Assembly (NCBI GenBank): GCA_000092065.1
Contig: CP000593.1
Source of the DNA: Ostreococcus lucimarinus
Lineage: Eukaryota
Length of the DNA: 64,000 bases
Direction: 5' to 3' (one strand)
Part shown: positions 58,366 through 64,000 of the stretch, one piece after another
Layout of the letters: the number at the start of each line of letters is the position of its first letter
Position numbering within the stretch: position 1 is the first letter of the stretch
The notes under the pieces: model-generated
Seen by the model: the letters and a program-made list of their open reading frames with translations, nothing else
What the model was told of the DNA's origin: nothing
Database searches by the model: none
Made by a program: the position numbers and the translations under genes

Positions 58366-61300
58366 ATGTCGCGCGCGCGCGAGACCGGCGTCTCGGCGCG
58401 CGCGCGAGACGAGGACGACGAAAACGACGGTCGAGCGGATTCGAATGCGAGCGCGCATTCGGCGAGTCGAAGCGACGCGACGCGCGCGCGCGCGCCGAGC
58501 ACGCCGCGAGGGTACGATCACGATGGGTCGTTTCACGACGTCGGCACGCCGGCGACGGCGGCGACGGCGGGAGGCGAGAGAGGGACGTCGAACTCGGTGG
58601 CGCGGCGAATCGCGGCGCTCGAGCGAAGCGGCGACGACGCGAACGCGAACGCGCGTCGCGCGTCGTCGAGTGATGCCTCACGCGGCGATGGATGGCGATC
58701 GGGATCGTCGTCGGTGAAGTCGGCGGCGGCGCTGGAGCGCGTGGCGGAGGATGTGCGGAGCGTGCGGATGAAATTGTTCGCGGCGTCGACGAGCGCGGCG
58801 AGAGCGACGGACGAATACGGCGACGCGTTGAGGGAAGCGGGAGAGGGGTTGGATTGGCGACCGGTGGTGACGCGGGCGGTGGGAGTGATTGAGGACGCGG
58901 ATGTGGACGCGCGGGCGCGCGCGGCGCGCGTCGCTAAACGGGTGCGGGAGGAGTTGGACGCGCGCGAGAGAGAGCGAGGCGCGAGGTTGGAGGCGTTGGC
59001 GGAGCGGCGGAGCGAAGCAGCGGCGGCGTCGAACAGGGCGTCCAAGGCCTCGGAAAAGAAGAATCTTCCGGTGTTTTTAACGGGTGTCGCGTCGTCTTCG
59101 AGCAAACACGCGAATTTTGTTCGTGGTGGGAAGGCGTTGGACGAGGGCGCGGCCAAGGCGACGAAACGTTTGGCGTTTGAGATTTTGCGAGGCGCCGCGG
59201 GACGTTCGCGAGCGTTGCGAAGGGCGGCGAACGATATGGGAATGATTCGTCGCGCGCCGATTTTAAAGCGTGCGTTCGACGCGCTTCGCGCGCACGCCGT
59301 GATATGCGCGCCTCGAACTCGAGCGATGCGCGAAGCGTGCGAAACGTTCGTCGTCGTGACCGATCGTAGGATGCGACGGTCGGCGTTCAAGTCGTGGCGC
59401 GAGGGTGTGCGAGAACAAACGTTAGGTAAGACGTGTGCGGCGATTCACAACGTTCGGATCGCGCAAGCGGCGTTACATCATTGGGAGCTTTTTGCAGCAC
59501 GGGCGTTTTGGAAACGAAAGGCGAACGAGTTGGCGCACTCGTACGCCACCGGAAGATTACGCACCCTCGCGTTTTGCGGGTGGTTGCTGCACGCGCGTCG
59601 CGTTAAGGAACGCCGTATCGCCGTGCGTGCGCGAATGTTTGGCATGTCCGTACCAGAGGCGCAGCGTGCGATCCATGAAAAGGTTAAATACACTGCGCAC
59701 GACGCTCACTTGATGATGAAAAGTGAGTTGAAGTACCTGTTCGAGAAGCGCTGCTCGGAAAGCGCGCTACGATCGCAAGTCTCGTCATCGCTAAAACTCA
59801 TTCGCACGCTCGAGAACATGCGGAGATTTACTGCGGACGGAGAAGATGTGGCGTGGGCGTCGAGTGATTCAGCCATGTTTCGGGGGATCGGCGCCGCTAA
59901 GCGGCATTTGCATGTGGGATTTTCGACACGAGGACGAACGGACTCGCCGCGGCGGAAAACGTTGTCGCTCAACAGAGATGACGTCGCGGCGTCGCGAACG
60001 GCGGCAGCGATCGAAAAGGTCGCGACGACGATTGATTTCATTCCGGACAACTCGATGAACGTCGATGCGCTGAGTGCAGACGCATACGAGCTCTCGCAAG
60101 AGCATCAACGAGCGCTGACAAGCGCGCGTGACGCGACTCAAAAGTGCGTCGCCGCGCGAAAGGCGGCGCACGACACGAGTCTCAGGGCGAGTCGACTCGT
60201 CGCAAACGCCGATTCGCGGGCGAACGCGGCGGTTCAGGGCGCGCAGGATGCGATGAATGAGTCGATCAAGGCTGAGTTCCTTGCCATCGAAGCGGAAGAG
60301 TCCGCCAATCTCGCCGAGCGCCGCGCAGAAGAGCTCTCGGAATCCGGCGCGGGCGACGAAAAAGTGATCGCGCACGCGCTTCAGCGGGCCGCCGAAGCGG
60401 CGGCTTGCGCGGTCAATCTATCTTCCGCGCACGTAGCCGCCGCTCGAGTTGCAGAACGCGCAATCGATATCGCTGAAGAGCATAAAGAGGCGGCGAGAAT
60501 GTTGAAGGCGCAAGCGGAGGAAGACGTCGAGAAAGCACAGACGCGCGTGCTCGAAGCGGAAGCCGTCGTCATGGCGACGGCGAAACTGGAGCGAGAACTC
60601 AACGCAAAGGCGGTGAACGCGATGAAACGTTTGCAGCGCGCGACGGGTGATTCCGTCGTTTTCCACGACGGAAGTTTATTCGATCGTGATTCCAACGAAA
60701 ACGCGGTGTTTTCTCCCACGAAGGCGCGAAGCGCTGAGGAGAAGAAAATTATGCGACGACGCGTGACCTGGGACTCGTTTGGCGAAGGAATCGACGACGA
60801 CGACGATGATATCGTTGAGAGCATGCAAAACATATCTCTTGCGCCGGGAAAGTGGTATACGCTCGCGGAGTGTGCGACGCAAGCGTACGCCAAGAGGCTC
60901 GCACGCAAAGTACTCGCCGGTTTTGCGAAAAACATCGCGTGGCGTCGGCAACAGCGCGACGCCGCGCAGTTGTCGTTCATCACGAACATCTTCACCTCTT
61001 GGGCGAACGTAGCGCACATCAACCAGACGCGTCGCAGGCTCGTGGAGAGCGTCGTGGATGAGGTCGTCAGCGAAGATCGCGAGCGACGGCTGCGCGCATA
61101 CGTTTCGTGCCTGCAGAAGCACGCCAAGTGGCGCAAAGCGCGCTGCGAGGAGCTGAAAATTAGCCTCCGACGCGTCGTCGCGCCGACGATCACACGGCCC
61201 GCGTTCGATCACTGGCGAAAGAAAGTGGCAAATATTTACCTCGTCCGGCGAGTCGTGAATCGCGCCATCGTCGCATGGAGAGAGCGCATCGCCAAACCGT

Positions 61301-61656
61301 CGCACTCAAACGCGTTTTACGCGATGTACGATGCCTTGCACGCTTGGCGCCGCGTCGCCGAAGAGCGTCGCCTTCGCCGCCACCGCTCACGAACGGCGAT
61401 GGAGTATCATCGTGTCACGCTCACTTTGAAGGCTTTGAACTCTTGGAGAGCTTTCACCGAGGCGCGTGCCGAGCGCGTTCGCGAGCGTCGCATCGCTCTC
61501 GAGCGATCTCGCCGTCGTCGCCGTCTCGCCGTGGAATCCTATTACCGCGCGCTCGCCTCGCGAGCGCTCTTACTCTGGCGCGCCGTCGCCGTCGCCAATC
61601 GACAATCTAGCACCCCACATCGCGCGCGACGCGCGATCGCGCGCGCTTCGCATTAG
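58366..61656 (+). CDS. Sfi1-repeat-like protein (candidate centrin-binding centrosome/basal-body protein)
   Basis: Many repeats ending in W-K/R with about 23-33 aa spacing (AFKSWREGV, ALHHWELFAARAFWKRK, AFCGWLLHAR, AFDHWRKKV, IVAWRERI, LHAWRRV, LNSWRAF, LLLWRAV) resemble the Sfi1 consensus AX7LLX3F/LX2WK/R. A long coiled-coil middle region. The ATG at 58366 is confirmed. Confidence 0.5.
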   Translation: MSRARETGVSARARDEDDENDGRADSNASAHSASRSDATRARAPSTPRGYDHDGSFHDVGTPATAATAGGERGTSNSVARRIAALERSGDDANANARRASSSDASRGDGWRSGSSSVKSAAALERVAEDVRSVRMKLFAASTSAARATDEYGDALREAGEGLDWRPVVTRAVGVIEDADVDARARAARVAKRVREELDARERERGARLEALAERRSEAAAASNRASKASEKKNLPVFLTGVASSSSKHANFVRGGKALDEGAAKATKRLAFEILRGAAGRSRALRRAANDMGMIRRAPILKRAFDALRAHAVICAPRTRAMREACETFVVVTDRRMRRSAFKSWREGVREQTLGKTCAAIHNVRIAQAALHHWELFAARAFWKRKANELAHSYATGRLRTLAFCGWLLHARRVKERRIAVRARMFGMSVPEAQRAIHEKVKYTAHDAHLMMKSELKYLFEKRCSESALRSQVSSSLKLIRTLENMRRFTADGEDVAWASSDSAMFRGIGAAKRHLHVGFSTRGRTDSPRRKTLSLNRDDVAASRTAAAIEKVATTIDFIPDNSMNVDALSADAYELSQEHQRALTSARDATQKCVAARKAAHDTSLRASRLVANADSRANAAVQGAQDAMNESIKAEFLAIEAEESANLAERRAEELSESGAGDEKVIAHALQRAAEAAACAVNLSSAHVAAARVAERAIDIAEEHKEAARMLKAQAEEDVEKAQTRVLEAEAVVMATAKLERELNAKAVNAMKRLQRATGDSVVFHDGSLFDRDSNENAVFSPTKARSAEEKKIMRRRVTWDSFGEGIDDDDDDIVESMQNISLAPGKWYTLAECATQAYAKRLARKVLAGFAKNIAWRRQQRDAAQLSFITNIFTSWANVAHINQTRRRLVESVVDEVVSEDRERRLRAYVSCLQKHAKWRKARCEELKISLRRVVAPTITRPAFDHWRKKVANIYLVRRVVNRAIVAWRERIAKPSHSNAFYAMYDALHAWRRVAEERRLRRHRSRTAMEYHRVTLTLKALNSWRAFTEARAERVRERRIALERSRRRRRLAVESYYRALASRALLLWRAVAVANRQSSTPHRARRAIARASH

Positions 61657-61920
61657 AACTTGATGTATTCGCTCATCGGTACCTTTAGAACTTTCCGCGC
61701 CGCCTTCGAGTCCAGAACGCGAACGACGAGCGTCGCCCCGCGCGCTCAATTGCCATAACAGACTCGCATCCTCTCCCAAAGTCGACACGTCACACATCCG
61801 CGCGCGTCGTCGCATCGCCCGCGCGCGCCGCGCGCGCGCGGGCGCGCGCACCGCGAACCGCGTTTCGCGCGTCGTTCGCGCGCGACGTCGGCGCGTCGTC
61901 GGCGCGTCGTCGACGATTCC

Positions 61921-64000
61921 ATGGTCGCCGAAATGCGGACGCTTCGGGAAAACGACGCGGATACGCTCGTCACGCCGCCGAAAACCTTCGGCCGCGTCGC
62001 CAGTAAACGCTTCGTGACGTCGATTTTCGGTTCGCCGAGCACGCTGAACGCGGAGTTGGCGCAGGCGCGAGACACGGTGAAACACTCGCGACGGGAAACG
62101 CTGCGAGCGCCGCTGTCGCTGTCCAACGGCGACATATTTGGATTGACGCTGCGGTTTCTGAGCGATATGGAGTTCACGACGCACGCGACGGCGGTGAACT
62201 TTTATTCAAAGTGCTTCACGGGACGATCGTTCGTGGTGTGGGCGATGGAACAGACGTTTCGGGAACAGACGTTTCGGGACGAGGCGGATGCGATGTTTCT
62301 GGCGAACGAGTTGTTGGTTCGAGGAATCATCGCGCCGGTGGCGCGAGGGAAGATCGATAGCGAGAAAAAGGCGGGATTTTTGCCAGGTTTACCGGGGATG
62401 GGCGCGAGCATGGGGATAGTGGGAGTTGGGAAGTCGTGGAAGGTGTTTCAAGGGAATGATTGGACGTATCACGTGAAGACGCACGCGCGGAGCGCGCTCA
62501 TCGCCGCGTGTTTCGGGAATGGCACGGAGAAGGAGAAGAACGATATTCGAGAGTGTGTGGGACGCATGAGGACTTTAAAATCGCTGATAGATGGTGTTGA
62601 TGATGCTAAGAGTGACGACGAAGCTGAAGAACATCAAGAAGATAACGAGAAGGAAAGGAAAGCCACCATCTCGCTGGCGAAGGACGCGCTCAGTGCGACG
62701 GGTGGAATTCTCACTGCACCGTTTCGCAGGGCACACGTCGTACTACAGGGCGTTGGTGTGATGATTGATGATTTCTTTTCGACGTTGGGACCGCATATCG
62801 TCGTCGCGCTCGGTTCGTTACTCTTCATGGTTTGGTTGCAAAACTTTGCGTTCGCGTGCGTACTGACCGCGGCGTTCACGAGACATTTGCTTTGGGTATC
62901 TGAGATCCAGCGTGACGCGTTATTAGTGCGCTGTCGCGCCGATCAACTTAAAAAGTTTCAAATGATTCGTGGCGATCCGAAGTTGAACAGAACCGGCGCG
63001 GAATCTTCGGATTGGTGGAGCGCAATCTTTCAACACATGTGGGATGGTTGGATGGCGATGTGGATGAATCGCCTCTTGCGCGAACAGCTAGAGTGGTGCT
63101 TCGAGAGTTTAGATTTGCCGTTCGTCAGTAAAGTAGAGTTGAGTGAGTTTCGTTTCGGTACGAACGCGCCCGCGATAAAGACTTCGCGAACGTTTGCCGG
63201 GTCGGATGGCGAAATGATCGTTGAATGGGATTTAGACTGGACCATGGAAGACTCAGTAGTGCTGGTCTCCGCCATGTTCGGTCGCGGGACGATGGTACCG
63301 ATTCCGATTCGCATTCGCTTGGCAGATATTCGCATTTCGGGTAATTTACGACTCATGTTCACGTGGATGCGCGCGAAGGGCGGTCCATACGTCCGCTCGC
63401 TTCGCATATCTTTCGTCGGCTTGCCGGCGTATTCGTTTTCGCTCAAGACGTTCGGTGCCGTCAATTTAAACGAGATTGGCGTCATTCATACGGCACTTAA
63501 ACGTGTCGTTGATGACTACTTTAAGAGCTCGCTGTGCGAACCGGAAGGATACTTCTGGGACGTTAAGGAGTGGTGGTTGTCCGCGGACAACGAAGAAATC
63601 ATCGATCAGAAGGAGCTCATCACGCAGCCGTTGATGCGAGATATTGAGCGCATTTGGAAGCGAAGAAAAGATGAAATCACTGTGGAATTGCGTGTGATGC
63701 CGTTGTTTGTTGAATTAGATCCGAACGCGCGTAACTCATCGCTGAAAGCAAAGTATTTAAATGGCAAGCGGTGTCGAATGGCGGTGGCGATCGAGTACGC
63801 TCGCAGGCGCGTCGTGTCGAAAATGCACATCATGAAGAAGCACGTCGAGGCTGAGCACGACATCGAACATCCTACTTGGGATAGCGGCGCTTTCGCCAGG
63901 CTCGATACTACAGATGAAGTCGTCGACGGGCAACTCGCTATGTTCTTGATGAGCGAGAGCATGGACAGCAACGCCGCCAAAGCTACGGCGACAAAGCTGT
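61921..64000 (+). CDS. DEP-domain + SMP (synaptotagmin-like mitochondrial lipid-binding) domain protein, 3'-partial (runs off the window)
   Basis: A DEP-like block (FYSKCFTGRSFVVWAMEQ...DEADAMFLANELLVRGIIAPV), a TM segment (IVVALGSLLFMVWLQNFAFACVL), then an SMP/E-Syt-like domain (DWWSAIFQHMWDGWMAMWMNRLLREQLEW...VELSEFRFGTNAPAIK...IRISGNLRLMF). The ORF is open to position 64000 and is absent from the supplied track because it has no stop. Confidence 0.55.
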   Translation, partial: MVAEMRTLRENDADTLVTPPKTFGRVASKRFVTSIFGSPSTLNAELAQARDTVKHSRRETLRAPLSLSNGDIFGLTLRFLSDMEFTTHATAVNFYSKCFTGRSFVVWAMEQTFREQTFRDEADAMFLANELLVRGIIAPVARGKIDSEKKAGFLPGLPGMGASMGIVGVGKSWKVFQGNDWTYHVKTHARSALIAACFGNGTEKEKNDIRECVGRMRTLKSLIDGVDDAKSDDEAEEHQEDNEKERKATISLAKDALSATGGILTAPFRRAHVVLQGVGVMIDDFFSTLGPHIVVALGSLLFMVWLQNFAFACVLTAAFTRHLLWVSEIQRDALLVRCRADQLKKFQMIRGDPKLNRTGAESSDWWSAIFQHMWDGWMAMWMNRLLREQLEWCFESLDLPFVSKVELSEFRFGTNAPAIKTSRTFAGSDGEMIVEWDLDWTMEDSVVLVSAMFGRGTMVPIPIRIRLADIRISGNLRLMFTWMRAKGGPYVRSLRISFVGLPAYSFSLKTFGAVNLNEIGVIHTALKRVVDDYFKSSLCEPEGYFWDVKEWWLSADNEEIIDQKELITQPLMRDIERIWKRRKDEITVELRVMPLFVELDPNARNSSLKAKYLNGKRCRMAVAIEYARRRVVSKMHIMKKHVEAEHDIEHPTWDSGAFARLDTTDEVVDGQLAMFLMSESMDSNAAKATATKL

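Noticed and set aside
1-64000. Prokaryotic-style features (CRISPR arrays, operons, insertion sequences, defence islands), suggested by the framing of the task
   Set aside because: No direct-repeat/spacer arrays, no Shine-Dalgarno-driven operon structure and no transposase or integrase-like ORFs are present. Gene content and introns are eukaryotic. The one bacterial-type gene (RnpA) is an organelle-targeted nuclear gene, not a mobile island.

Overview
This window reads as compact, very GC-rich eukaryotic nuclear DNA rather than a prokaryotic locus. By eye GC is well above 60 %, and GCG/CGC-rich codons produce Arg/Ala/Ser-rich low-complexity N-termini. I could support about 40 protein-coding genes on both strands. 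Spacers between genes are typically 50-500 bp, and many divergent pairs sit 80-300 bp apart, suggesting shared bidirectional promoters. Four genes contain short spliceosomal introns (about 130-235 nt) that I reconstructed by matching homolog alignments to splice signals. The gene set includes Spt6, Spo11, TAF6, NHP2, ALG7 (GlcNAc-1-P transferase), ARC3-like (FtsZ+MORN), MLO, two plant Shaker-type K+ channels, an RWA/Cas1 O-acetyltransferase, a bacterial-type RNase P protein (RnpA), LMBR1, a DHHC palmitoyltransferase, and a cyclophilin. It also includes a triose-phosphate isomerase fused in frame to an SMP-30/gluconolactonase beta-propeller. This set points to a green-lineage alga, most plausibly a Mamiellophyceae prasinophyte such as Micromonas; that assignment is inference. 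I found no rRNA, no convincing tRNA, no CRISPR array and no obvious transposon. The most unusual items are the TIM-gluconolactonase fusion, the bacterial-type RnpA, an introner-like intron family that shares GTGCG donors, GACTGACG branch sites and internal k-mers, a 33-aa tandem ankyrin-like array behind an F-box, and a likely missing 5' exon for the LMBR1 gene. Start codons are uncertain for several genes because GC-rich ORFs run far upstream of the true start, and the six-frame track uses alternative start codons. I do not see a prokaryote-style defence or accessory system here; the interesting material is eukaryotic gene architecture and gene content.
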